From assembly GCA_030618495.1 (NCBI GenBank), contig JAUXDE010000002.1, forward strand, positions 1 through 38,305: a stretch of DNA of 38,305 nucleotides, in the 5' to 3' direction. Both the position numbers and the translations under genes were made by a program. Source of the stretch: Clostridia bacterium (GTDB lineage Bacteria > UBA6262 > WVXT01 > JAUXBS01). Below are positions 9,696-18,162 of the stretch, in pieces. The stretch's first letter is position 1. Every line of letters starts with the position of its first letter. The notes beneath the pieces are model-generated. The model saw only the letters and a list, made by a program, of their open reading frames with translations. It ran no database searches and had not been told where the DNA came from.

Positions 9696-10279
9696 AACAC
9701 ACCCTTTGTAGACGGAACACCTTTTACCCCCGGGTTTATGCGTACGGCGCTACCCAATGCCCTGGCAAACCCCTTGAATACGCATTCGGCAATATGATGA
9801 TTGTTTCTGCCGTATCTTAAGTTAACATGCAGGGTCAATCCCGCGTTAAAACATACTGCGCGGAAAAATTCTTCCAACAATGAAAAATCAAAGTCGTCCT
9901 TCTTCCGGGATTTGTCAAACTTAACGTTAAAAACCATATACGGCCTTCCGGAAACATCCACGCACACATCGGAAAGTGTTTCATCCATTGGCAACGAAAG
10001 ATTCCCGTAACGCTCAATACCCCTCTTACCGCCCAATGCTTTCTTAACGGCGCTGCCCAGGCATATACCTATATCCTCAACCGTATGGTGGTCATCCACA
10101 CCGGTATCGCCTGACGCAACCAGTTTTAAATCAAACATCCCGTGTTTGGCAAATAATTCGAGCATATGGTTAAGAAACGGTATCGGCGTCTTTATATTGC
10201 CCTTCCCGCTTCCATCCAGATTAAGCTCAAGCGCAATTTCGGTTTCCCTTGTCTTCCTGGTTATTTTCGCTTTTCTCAT
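9692..10279 (-). CDS. hisB: Imidazoleglycerol-phosphate dehydratase
   Basis: RKTRETEI..., DDHHTVEDIGI, and NNHHIAECVFKGFARAL metal-binding motifs. Confidence 0.9.
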   Translation of the reverse strand: MRKAKITRKTRETEIALELNLDGSGKGNIKTPIPFLNHMLELFAKHGMFDLKLVASGDTGVDDHHTVEDIGICLGSAVKKALGGKRGIERYGNLSLPMDETLSDVCVDVSGRPYMVFNVKFDKSRKKDDFDFSLLEEFFRAVCFNAGLTLHVNLRYGRNNHHIAECVFKGFARALGSAVRINPGVKGVPSTKGVL

Positions 10280-10291
10280 GTGCTCTCCCGG

Positions 10292-11557
10292 TTAAACCCT
10301 GTTTTTTTTGACTCTTTTTATATCCGCCCCGAGTTTGGTTAATTTATTTTCAATTTTTTCATATCCCCTGTCAAGGTGATAAACCCGTGAAACCTCCGTC
10401 CTGCCACGGGCAAAAAGCCCTGCCAGGATAAGAGCAGCCGACGCGCGTAAATCCGATGCCATAACAGGGGCGCCGCTCAATTTGCTTGCGCCTTCAACGA
10501 AAGCGCTGTTCCCTTCAATCCTTATCTCCGCGCCCATACGGCACAGTTCCGCAACATGAAGGAACCTGTTCTCAAAAACCGTTTCGGTAATTATTGAAGA
10601 CCCCTTCACAGTGCTCATGAAAGCCATCCACTGGGCCTGCATGTCCGTAGGGAACCCCGGAAACGTTGAAGTCTTGATATCCTGTGTTTTTAGTTTTTCT
10701 CCCGCGCTGACACGGATTTCCCCGTCATTTATAACATCCACAACCACTCCTGACGCTCTTAACTTCTCAATTAATGGTTCCACGTCAACTGCTCTCATAT
10801 TCTTTAATAGCACGCTGCCCCTGGTTATTGCCGCAGCTATCATGTACGTTCCCGCCTCAATCCTGTCCGGGATAACACTATGGCGGGCTCCCCGGAGTTT
10901 CCGTACCCCCTGTATTCTGATAATGCTCGTGCCGGCGCCTTTTATAACGGCGCCCATTTTTACCAGGAAATCCGCCAGGTCTTTAATCTCAGGTTCGCAG
11001 GCAGCGTTCTCAATAACAGTTTTACCCGTTGCGTAAACCGCTGCGAGCATCAGGTTCTCCGTGGCTCCTACACTCGGAAAATCAAAATATATTTTGGCGC
11101 CCTTTAATCGTCCAGCCTTCATGCGTACATAGCCGTCACTGATATTAACTACGGCGCCCAGCTTTTTAAAACCTTCAAGGTGCAGGTTAACGGGCCGGCT
11201 TCCTATGGCGCATCCACCGGGAAGAGAAACCTCAACATGCCCCAACCGGGCAAGCATGGGCCCCATTACCAGCGCGGATGCTCTCATCTTCTTTACCTGG
11301 TCGTACGGAGTCTTTGAATTCAGTTTACCTGAAGAAGCTACGTGGACCTTCCTGCCTTTCCGGGTTATTTTTTTACCCAGATGATTCAGCAGGATAAGAA
11401 CAGTATCTATGTCCTTCAAATCAGGCACATTTTCGACAATGCATTCTTCATCCGTAAGTAACGTTGCAATCAATATTGGCAGTGACGCATTCTTGGAACC
11501 GTTGATGGTTACACTGCCGCTCAGCTTCTTCCCGCCGTTAATAATAATCTTATCCAT
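10292..11557 (-). CDS. murA: UDP-N-acetylglucosamine 1-carboxyvinyltransferase
   Basis: MDKIIINGGKKLSGSVTINGSKNASLPIL, active-site region LPGGCAIGSRPVNLH, and C-terminal YHLDRGYEKIENKL. Confidence 0.92.
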   Translation of the reverse strand: MDKIIINGGKKLSGSVTINGSKNASLPILIATLLTDEECIVENVPDLKDIDTVLILLNHLGKKITRKGRKVHVASSGKLNSKTPYDQVKKMRASALVMGPMLARLGHVEVSLPGGCAIGSRPVNLHLEGFKKLGAVVNISDGYVRMKAGRLKGAKIYFDFPSVGATENLMLAAVYATGKTVIENAACEPEIKDLADFLVKMGAVIKGAGTSIIRIQGVRKLRGARHSVIPDRIEAGTYMIAAAITRGSVLLKNMRAVDVEPLIEKLRASGVVVDVINDGEIRVSAGEKLKTQDIKTSTFPGFPTDMQAQWMAFMSTVKGSSIITETVFENRFLHVAELCRMGAEIRIEGNSAFVEGASKLSGAPVMASDLRASAALILAGLFARGRTEVSRVYHLDRGYEKIENKLTKLGADIKRVKKNRV

Positions 11558-11581
11558 TAATTAATTCCAAATTGTGGGGAG

Positions 11582-11655
11582 AATTTGGGGACACGTACCT
11601 AATTATTTTTTTTCGAGTTATGCCTTTAAAATAATTAGGTACGTGTCCCCAAATT
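11582..11655. repeat. Palindromic element A, copy 1: 28-bp perfect stem AATTTGGGGACACGTACCTAATTATTTT, 18-nt loop TTTTCGAGTTATGCCTTT
   Basis: Stem is 11582-11609 paired with 11628-11655. It is identical to the reverse complement of 18073-18146. The right arm encodes the last 6 codons (NLGTRT) and the TAA of prmC. A degenerate extra copy of the terminus (AATTGTGGGGA) flanks it at 11570-11580. Confidence 0.92.
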
Positions 11656-12546
11656 CACAACCACTATCCTGTCCTTGCCTGAATAATCCTTCACTATCCT
11701 TTTTAATGATAGTTCACCCGTATCATTAATAATTTTCCTGACCTCACTGCCCTGCTCACTTCCAATTTCCATAATTATGAAACCACCCTCAACCAGGTAC
11801 ATGCCGGCTTCGTTGATTATTCTCCTGTAAAACATGAGTCCGTCTTCACCCGCGTCCAGCGCCCTGGCGGGTTCCCGCAGAACCTCCTCCTGAATGCAGG
11901 CTAAATCCCCGGAACGTATATACGGCGGATTGGATACTATGAAATCCATGTTACAGAAGAAATCCCCCGAGCTGAAAGGATTAAAAAGATCCCCGGCAAA
12001 AAATCTTATATCATCGCTTACCCCGTTGATTTGGGCGTTCCTCCCTGCAACGTCCAGCGCCCTTGCGTCAACATCCGATGCAAACATATCAAAAACAATA
12101 CCTTTATCCTCCTTCAGGTATTTTGCAATGCTTACAGCAATATTACCCGAACCGGTGCACATATCCAATATCTTAACGACCTTCCCATTCTTGCGGTGAT
12201 TGTAACTCCTGATATGTTTTATAGTTTCTTCCACAAGCAACTCGGTTTCAGGCCTCGGGATTAACACATCTTCATTTAAGAAGAATTTTAACCCCATGAA
12301 TTCTTTTTCTCCGGTAAGATATGCCACGGGCTTTCGGCTTATTCTCTGGCGTATTAACTCCATATAGGAAGAAATGACACCCCCGGAAACCATCATGTCG
12401 TTTTTTACTATAAAATCCATCCTATTAATATCAAGTAAGTGGGCAAGCAGTACTTCCGCATCAATCCTGGCATCGGGTATGCCCTTTGCGGAAAGAAGGC
12501 TTTCGGCGTATCTTAAAATATCCCCCGCGCAACGATTTCTTTCCAT
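11635..12546 (-). CDS. prmC: Release-factor glutamine N5-methyltransferase
   Basis: SAM-binding LDMCTGSGNIA and catalytic NPPY (VSNPPYI). It lies downstream of prfA, as in most bacteria. Confidence 0.88.
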   Translation of the reverse strand: MERNRCAGDILRYAESLLSAKGIPDARIDAEVLLAHLLDINRMDFIVKNDMMVSGGVISSYMELIRQRISRKPVAYLTGEKEFMGLKFFLNEDVLIPRPETELLVEETIKHIRSYNHRKNGKVVKILDMCTGSGNIAVSIAKYLKEDKGIVFDMFASDVDARALDVAGRNAQINGVSDDIRFFAGDLFNPFSSGDFFCNMDFIVSNPPYIRSGDLACIQEEVLREPARALDAGEDGLMFYRRIINEAGMYLVEGGFIIMEIGSEQGSEVRKIINDTGELSLKRIVKDYSGKDRIVVVNLGTRT

Positions 12547-12634
12547 TAGTTTACAGTTCCTCCGAAACTTTTAACTGGTGGCGCATCAAAAATATTTAAC
12601 TAATAAAGCTCTTTGAAAACCAGCTATAAACAAC

Positions 12635-13681
12635 TTATTCTAATACGCCACTTAACTTCTCAATAAACTCATCAATATTCCCCGCCATGATGTTATCAAG
12701 TTTATGCAAACTGAGATTTATACGGTGATCCGTTACCCTGTCCTGTGGAAAATTATAAGTGCGTATCTTTTCACTCCTGTCTCCCGTGCCTACCTGTTTT
12801 TTTCTTAATTGGGATTGCTCTTTCCTTTCCGCTTCCTTGATTCCCACTGAAAGTCTTGCCCTCAGCACCTTCATGGCTTTGTTCTTGTTCTTGAGCTGAG
12901 ACCTCTCATCCTGGCACTGGACAACAGTTCCGGAGGGAATATGCGTAATACGCACGGCAGAACTTGTTCTGTTGACACTCTGCCCCCCTTTGCCGGATGC
13001 TGAATAGGTATCAATTCTAAGGTCATCCTGCTTTATATCTATTTCCTTCTCTTCAGTTTCAGGCATTACGGCAACTGTCGCGGCGGAAGTATGTATTCTT
13101 CCGCTTGTTTCCGTTTTCGGCACCCGCTGGACACGGTGCACCCCGCTTTCATGCTTAAGTAAACCGTATACATCACTGCCTGCAATGAAAAGAATAACCT
13201 CCTTTATGCCTCCCAGTTCCGTTAAACGGGAACTGATTACTTCCATCTTCCACTTCTTCTTCTCTGCATACCGCGTGTACATTCTCATCAGTTCCGCCGC
13301 CCATAAAGCAGCTTCCCCACCGCCGGTCCCCGCTCTTATTTCAAGGAGCACGTTCCTTTTGTCATCCGGGTCATTTGAAGCAAGCATCATTCTGAGTTCA
13401 CCCTGAAGCGCCTCTTCATCACCGGTCAGTTTCTCAAGCTCTTCCCTTGCCAGCCCCTCCATTGCGGAATCATTTTCACTGATTAATTGGCGGGTATCTT
13501 CTATCTCTCCCTTAACCTTTTTCCACAACCTGAACTTGCCTACTATCAGCCTAATCCGGGAATGCTCCTTCGCAAGTTCCTGGAACCTGTTTTGGTCTGA
13601 AATAACAGAAGGATCAGAAAGCAGTTTTTCCAGTTCGTTATACCTGTTATCTATTTCTCTTAATGTTTCTACAATTTCCAT
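12635..13681 (-). CDS. prfA: Peptide chain release factor 1
   Basis: GGQ motif (SGKGGQSVN), P-x-T tripeptide region ([10 protein letters not shown] = PKT), and RF-1 domain order. Confidence 0.92.
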   Translation of the reverse strand: MEIVETLREIDNRYNELEKLLSDPSVISDQNRFQELAKEHSRIRLIVGKFRLWKKVKGEIEDTRQLISENDSAMEGLAREELEKLTGDEEALQGELRMMLASNDPDDKRNVLLEIRAGTGGGEAALWAAELMRMYTRYAEKKKWKMEVISSRLTELGGIKEVILFIAGSDVYGLLKHESGVHRVQRVPKTETSGRIHTSAATVAVMPETEEKEIDIKQDDLRIDTYSASGKGGQSVNRTSSAVRITHIPSGTVVQCQDERSQLKNKNKAMKVLRARLSVGIKEAERKEQSQLRKKQVGTGDRSEKIRTYNFPQDRVTDHRINLSLHKLDNIMAGNIDEFIEKLSGVLE

Positions 13682-13703
13682 TATTTATATCGTGAAATAA
13701 GTA

Positions 13704-14006
13704 TTACTTTTCGGCTTTCTTTGCTTTCTTTACTTTCAAAACCTTTTTTGCCTTCTTGGCTTTCTTCCGTTTTACGGTCTTTTTCCTTACCGTCTTACCC
13801 TCCGTTTTTGCAAAACGGCGCTTAAACTTATCAACCCTTCCGGCAGTGTCAAGCAACTTGTCCTGGCCGGAACCTGTAAAGAAAGGATGGCACGCAGAAC
13901 ATATTTCAACACGAATATTCTGTACCGTGGACCTGGTCTTGCTGGTATTGCCGCAAGCGCAGGAAATTGTTGTATCATAATACTTTGGATGGATTTTTTC
14001 CTTCAT
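13704..14006 (-). CDS. rpmE: 50S ribosomal protein L31 with a lysine-rich C-terminal extension
   Basis: [13 protein letters not shown]...[10 protein letters not shown]. Start set at ATG 14006, which has AGGAG 5 nt upstream; the track's TTG at 14021 lies inside that SD. Confidence 0.88.
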   Translation of the reverse strand: MKEKIHPKYYDTTISCACGNTSKTRSTVQNIRVEICSACHPFFTGSGQDKLLDTAGRVDKFKRRFAKTEGKTVRKKTVKRKKAKKAKKVLKVKKAKKAEK

Positions 14007-14055
14007 CTTTGCTCCTCTCAAACCAATTTTAAATACTGCACCGGTTCATATTATT

Positions 14056-14145
14056 TTATTTTTGCTTGTGACGGTTCTTTTTTCTGCGTTTCCTCAGCTT
14101 ATGAGTGCGAATCTTCTGTAGTTTTCTTCTTCTGCCATGCGGCAT
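14056..14145 (-). CDS. Untracked 29-codon ultra-basic small ORF (MPHGRRRKLQKIRTHKLRKRRKKNRHKQK), a possible tiny ribosomal-type protein
   Basis: Manual translation: ATG 14145, TAA 14058..14056. GGAGG lies 6 nt upstream of the ATG. It sits between tyrS and rpmE on the same strand. 16 of 29 residues are Lys/Arg. Confidence 0.5.
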   Translation of the reverse strand: MPHGRRRKLQKIRTHKLRKRRKKNRHKQK

Positions 14146-14175
14146 AACAAACCTCCATTTCTATATTAAAGTGTT

Positions 14176-15342
14176 TTAATGGGAAACACGCCTTACTTTT
14201 TTGAATTTCCTCTTTCCTGCCTGTAACACGTACTCCCTGTCCATGACCAGGTCCAGTTTATCATCAACAACTTTTTCCTGGTTTATTCTTAATGCCCCCT
14301 GGTGTATTATTCTTTTCGCATCATTTCTGCTGGTTGCAAGACCCGATAAAACCAGCAGGTTCACTATCCATATCTTCTTCTGGTTGACTTCAACTACCTC
14401 AATATTCTCAGGAAGGCCTTTTTTAACAAAAACCTTTTCAAATTCAGCCCACGACTTCTCAGCCTCAGCCTCACCATGGAACCGCCCTACGATTTCCTTT
14501 GCCAGCTTAATCTTTGCATCACGGGGATCCATTGCCTTAACTTCATCCAGGTCCTTATCCGTAAGCAATTCATAATACCTTACCATAAGCGTATCCGAAA
14601 CCGACATTACCTTTCCAAAAACCTCTATGGCAGGCTCATTTATCCCTATATAATTATCATATGTCTTGCTCATCTTTTTTACGCCGTCAAGGCCTTCAAG
14701 CAACGGCATGGTTATCACTACCTGTGGTTCCATCCCCTTGTCAACCTGAAACTCGCGCCCCATAAGGAGATTAAATATCTGGTCAGTGCCGCCCAGTTCC
14801 ACATCAGCTTCTACCTGTACGGAATCATACGCTTGAAGCAGGGGATACATGAACTCCAGAATACTTATATCTTCGCCTTCGGTATACCTCTTTTTGAAAT
14901 CCGCGCGCGCAAGCATCTGCGCTACCGTGGAATGCGCGGTCAGCTCCAGGAGGTCTGAAAAAGCCATTTTATCGAACCATTCGCTGTTAAAAACTACTTT
15001 TGTCTTTTTCCTGTCAAGTATTTTAAATACCTGTTCCTGGTAAGTCCCGGCATTATCACTGACATCCTTCTGGCTCATTTTCTTCCTTATCTCGCTTCTG
15101 CCGGATGGATCTCCTATACGGGCAGTGTAATCACCTATGATGAACACAACATTATGCCCCATATCCTGAAATGTTTTTAATTTCTCAAGCGCGACCGTAT
15201 GACCGAGATGTAAATCAGAAGAAGTGGGGTCAGCTCCGAATTTAATGTTTAACGGTTTGCCTTTCCCCAGTTTCCTTTCCAGGTCCTTGGCTGAAATAAT
15301 TTCAACAGTTCCTCTTTTTATAGCATTAATATCTTTTCGCAT
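14176..15342 (-). CDS. tyrS: Tyrosyl-tRNA synthetase
   Basis: HIGH-type motif (DLHLGH), KMSKS-type motif (KMSKT), and a C-terminal S4-like domain. Start set at ATG 15342 ([11 protein letters not shown]) to match the usual TyrS N-terminus. Confidence 0.9.
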   Translation of the reverse strand: MRKDINAIKRGTVEIISAKDLERKLGKGKPLNIKFGADPTSSDLHLGHTVALEKLKTFQDMGHNVVFIIGDYTARIGDPSGRSEIRKKMSQKDVSDNAGTYQEQVFKILDRKKTKVVFNSEWFDKMAFSDLLELTAHSTVAQMLARADFKKRYTEGEDISILEFMYPLLQAYDSVQVEADVELGGTDQIFNLLMGREFQVDKGMEPQVVITMPLLEGLDGVKKMSKTYDNYIGINEPAIEVFGKVMSVSDTLMVRYYELLTDKDLDEVKAMDPRDAKIKLAKEIVGRFHGEAEAEKSWAEFEKVFVKKGLPENIEVVEVNQKKIWIVNLLVLSGLATSRNDAKRIIHQGALRINQEKVVDDKLDLVMDREYVLQAGKRKFKKVRRVSH

Positions 15343-15349
15343 GGATATC

Positions 15350-15378
15350 TTTATACCAAAAAAACCTCCTTCTTGCAA
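15350..15378 (-). promoter_or_regulatory. Candidate tyrS promoter; the ATG lies 7 nt after the -10 box (leaderless-type)
   Basis: The minus strand reads TTGCAA-17 nt-TATAAA-7 nt-ATG(15342). Confidence 0.35.
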
Positions 15379-15389
15379 GAAAAAAAGTG

Positions 15390-15417
15390 TTTACAAAATT
15401 TCCTTTTATGATATAAT
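15390..15417 (+). promoter_or_regulatory. Candidate promoter of the class A PBP gene; the ATG lies 6 nt after the -10 box (leaderless-type)
   Basis: TTTACA-16 nt-TATAAT-6 nt-ATG(15424). No SD is present. Confidence 0.4.
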
Positions 15418-15423
15418 AGGCGC

Positions 15424-17517
15424 ATGATGTTAAAACAAAGAAAGTATTATATAGTATTTATATTTATAATAGCTCTATTTATTTTTATTACAATGTTAAA
15501 GGGATTCTTAAAGGATTTGCCTTCCATTGATTCCCTTGAAGACTACACTCCCGATCTGATAACTAAAATTTATGACATCAACAATGACGTCATAAGTGAA
15601 TTCTTCATTGAACGCAGGACGCTGGTTCCATTATCGGAAATTCCCGTGGACCTGCAGAATGCCGTCATATCGGCGGAAGACACTAATTTTTTCAAGCATT
15701 GGGGCATTGATATATACGGCATTTTCCGTTCCGTCTTCAAGAACTTCCTTCACGGACGCAAACTCCAGGGAGGAAGCACCATAACCATGCAGCTTGCAAG
15801 GGGGCTTTTCCTGTCACGCAAGAAAACCTATGAGAGAAAAATAAGGGAAATACTCCTCTCGGTAAAACTTGAAATGAATTACTCAAAAGAGGAAATCCTG
15901 CAGTTGTACTTGAACCAGATTTTTCTCGGCCACGACATTTACGGTATTGAATCCGCCGCAAAAGGATACTTCAATAAATCCCTTAAGGAACTCAACCTGG
16001 CCGAATGCGCCCTTATTGCGGGGCTCATCCCTTCACCCAACAGGTTTTCCCCATACCATGACCTTGCCCTGGCGTATAAACGCAAGACATATGTTCTAAA
16101 CAGAATGAAACAGGAAAGGTTCATCACTGAAAGCGAGAAAAGGAAAGCAAATAACATTCCCATATACGTACAGAAACGCGAGGAAATCCTGAAACAGGCC
16201 CCTTATTTTGTAGAATGGATACGCCAGCAGTTAGAGGAAAAATACGGCAGTAATGCCATTTACAAGGGCGGGCTGAAAGTATACACAACCCTGGACATGA
16301 AAATGCAGAAAATTGCCGAAAGAATACTTGAGGTTCACCTCATGGACTTTGACAACAGGAGAAAGGAAGAACTACCGAAGGAACTTGAAAAAAAGGAAGT
16401 GGAGATATCCCCTGGGGAACTGGAAGGACTGCTCCAAAAAAAAGTACAGGGCGGCATCATAGCGCTTGATCCGAAAACAGGACAGATACGAACGCTTGTT
16501 GGGGGCAGGGACTTTAAGGAAAGCAAGTTCAACAGGATGATCCAGGCAAAAAGACAGCCCGGCTCCGGTATTAAGCCGATTATTTATACCGCAGCCATTG
16601 AAAACGGCTATACCCCCTCGTATATAATCGATGATTCACCCGTATCTTACTTTAATGATTTTAACAATTGGAAACTGCTTTGCAACACCACCGACCTCTC
16701 AGACCTTGAACCTGAAATTGTGGAAAATATTGACATGGACAGGGTGTGGTCGCCGCAGAACTACAACAAGAAGTTCATGGGCCCTACCATACTGCGCAAT
16801 GCGCTCATTTATTCAAAAAATGTATGCTCCGTAAAACTACTTGACAGGATAAGACCGTTAACGGCTGCCTATTGCGCAGAAAGAATGGGTATATCGACGT
16901 ACATTGAAAAAACGCTGTCCATGGCTTTAGGCACGTCCGAGGTTCTGCCGATCGAACTGGCATCGGTATACGGTGTCCTGGCAAACCAGGGGATCAAAAC
17001 GAAGCCTTACAGCATAATCAGGGTCAAGGATATGGCGGGGAACGTATTGGAAGAAAACTTCCCTGAAGAAGAGGAAATATTAACCACTCAGAACGCTTAT
17101 ATCGTCACTCACCTTATGAGCGAGGTATGTGAATACGGCACGGGCAGGTATACCAGGCTTCTAAGACGGCCGCGGGCAGGAAAGACAGGCACGACTAATG
17201 AGTACACGGACGCCTGGTTCACGGGGTTCGTACCCAACCTCATATGCTGCGTATGGGTCGGTTACGATGATAACATGACGCTCGGTGAAAAGAAAACCGG
17301 CGGGGGCGTTGCCGCTCCGATATGGACTGACTTCATGAAGGCTGTACTTGCGGATACGCCTGTCCTCGACTTCCCGGTGCCCCCGGGCATCACCTTTGCC
17401 AAAATCGATACCAAAACAGGACTGCTGGCTTTAGAAGACAGCGAAGACACTGTCCTGGAAGCATACATAACGGGAACCGAACCAACAGAATATTCACTAC
17501 CAAATAATAACGAATAG
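15424..17517 (+). CDS. mrcA: Class A penicillin-binding protein (bifunctional glycosyltransferase/transpeptidase, PBP1A type)
   Basis: N-terminal membrane anchor. GT51 motifs (EDTNFFKHWGID, GGSTITMQL, RKIRE). Transpeptidase motifs (SGIKP = S-x-x-K, KTGTT). Confidence 0.9.
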   Translation: MMLKQRKYYIVFIFIIALFIFITMLKGFLKDLPSIDSLEDYTPDLITKIYDINNDVISEFFIERRTLVPLSEIPVDLQNAVISAEDTNFFKHWGIDIYGIFRSVFKNFLHGRKLQGGSTITMQLARGLFLSRKKTYERKIREILLSVKLEMNYSKEEILQLYLNQIFLGHDIYGIESAAKGYFNKSLKELNLAECALIAGLIPSPNRFSPYHDLALAYKRKTYVLNRMKQERFITESEKRKANNIPIYVQKREEILKQAPYFVEWIRQQLEEKYGSNAIYKGGLKVYTTLDMKMQKIAERILEVHLMDFDNRRKEELPKELEKKEVEISPGELEGLLQKKVQGGIIALDPKTGQIRTLVGGRDFKESKFNRMIQAKRQPGSGIKPIIYTAAIENGYTPSYIIDDSPVSYFNDFNNWKLLCNTTDLSDLEPEIVENIDMDRVWSPQNYNKKFMGPTILRNALIYSKNVCSVKLLDRIRPLTAAYCAERMGISTYIEKTLSMALGTSEVLPIELASVYGVLANQGIKTKPYSIIRVKDMAGNVLEENFPEEEEILTTQNAYIVTHLMSEVCEYGTGRYTRLLRRPRAGKTGTTNEYTDAWFTGFVPNLICCVWVGYDDNMTLGEKKTGGGVAAPIWTDFMKAVLADTPVLDFPVPPGITFAKIDTKTGLLALEDSEDTVLEAYITGTEPTEYSLPNNNE

Positions 17518-17532
17518 AGGAGACATAAAACC

Positions 17533-18063
17533 ATGCTAAAAAAAGATATCAACGCCGAGCATGAAGGAATTCTTGATATTGCGAACCTCATATGTATTGC
17601 AGCCCGTACCGCGCCAAAGGGTAAAGGTGTGGATAATATAGTCACCGCCATTGCAACTGAAAAAGATAAGGAAGAAATCGCCCGAAAAATGAAATCAATC
17701 GGCGAGAAAAACGGCAACAAGACCTTCCTGAGGGATTCGGACAATATCAACCGGGCGCAGGTTATCGTAATCATCGGCACCAAAACAAATCCTCTCAAAC
17801 TGAAACTCTGCGGTTTCTGCGGATTCAAGGATTGTGATGAAATGGAAAAGAACCGGGGAATTTGCGTTTTTAATTCAGGGGACCTGGGAATCGCAATAGG
17901 TTCGGCAGTCTCAACCGCCTCCATTCATAAGGTTGATAACCGTATCATGTACACGGTTGGATATGCAGCCCTTGAGATGAAATTACTTGGAGATGACGTG
18001 AGGATTGCCTACGGAATTCCACTTTCGGTAACCGGCAAGAACATCTTTTTCGACAGGAAATAA
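17533..18063 (+). CDS. DUF2148-family ferredoxin-domain protein
   Basis: AARTAPKGKGVDN..., CGFCGFKDC cysteine cluster, DLGIAIGSAV, NRIMYTVGYAALE, GIPLSVTGKNIFFDR. AGGAG SD upstream. The stop codon overlaps the outer arm of element A copy 2. Confidence 0.8.
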   Translation: MLKKDINAEHEGILDIANLICIAARTAPKGKGVDNIVTAIATEKDKEEIARKMKSIGEKNGNKTFLRDSDNINRAQVIVIIGTKTNPLKLKLCGFCGFKDCDEMEKNRGICVFNSGDLGIAIGSAVSTASIHKVDNRIMYTVGYAALEMKLLGDDVRIAYGIPLSVTGKNIFFDRK

Positions 18064-18161
18064 TTTGGGGAGAATTTGGGGACACGTACCTAATTATTTT
18101 AAAGGCATAACTCGAAAAAAAATAATTAGGTACGTGTCCCCAAATTATTTGTCCCCAAATT
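18062..18161. repeat. Palindromic element A, copy 2: core 18073-18146 plus an extra 10-bp outer stem (18062-18071 with 18152-18161)
   Basis: The core is the exact reverse complement of 11582-11655 (same stem, loop AAAGGCATAACTCGAAAA). It fills essentially the whole convergent DUF2148 / PorV-like intergenic region, so it is a plausible bidirectional terminator. Confidence 0.92.
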
Positions 18162-18162
18162 A

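Noticed and set aside
17262-17924. Minus-strand 220-aa ORF spanning the PBP1A 3' end and the DUF2148 gene 5' end
   Set aside because: It is antisense to two well-supported genes and crosses their SD-containing junction. Its Ser/Leu-rich composition is shadow-like.
11582-18146. CRISPR array interpretation of the repeated 74-nt element
   Set aside because: There are only two copies, 6.4 kb apart and in opposite orientation, separated by essential genes. There is no regular repeat-spacer periodicity and no cas genes.
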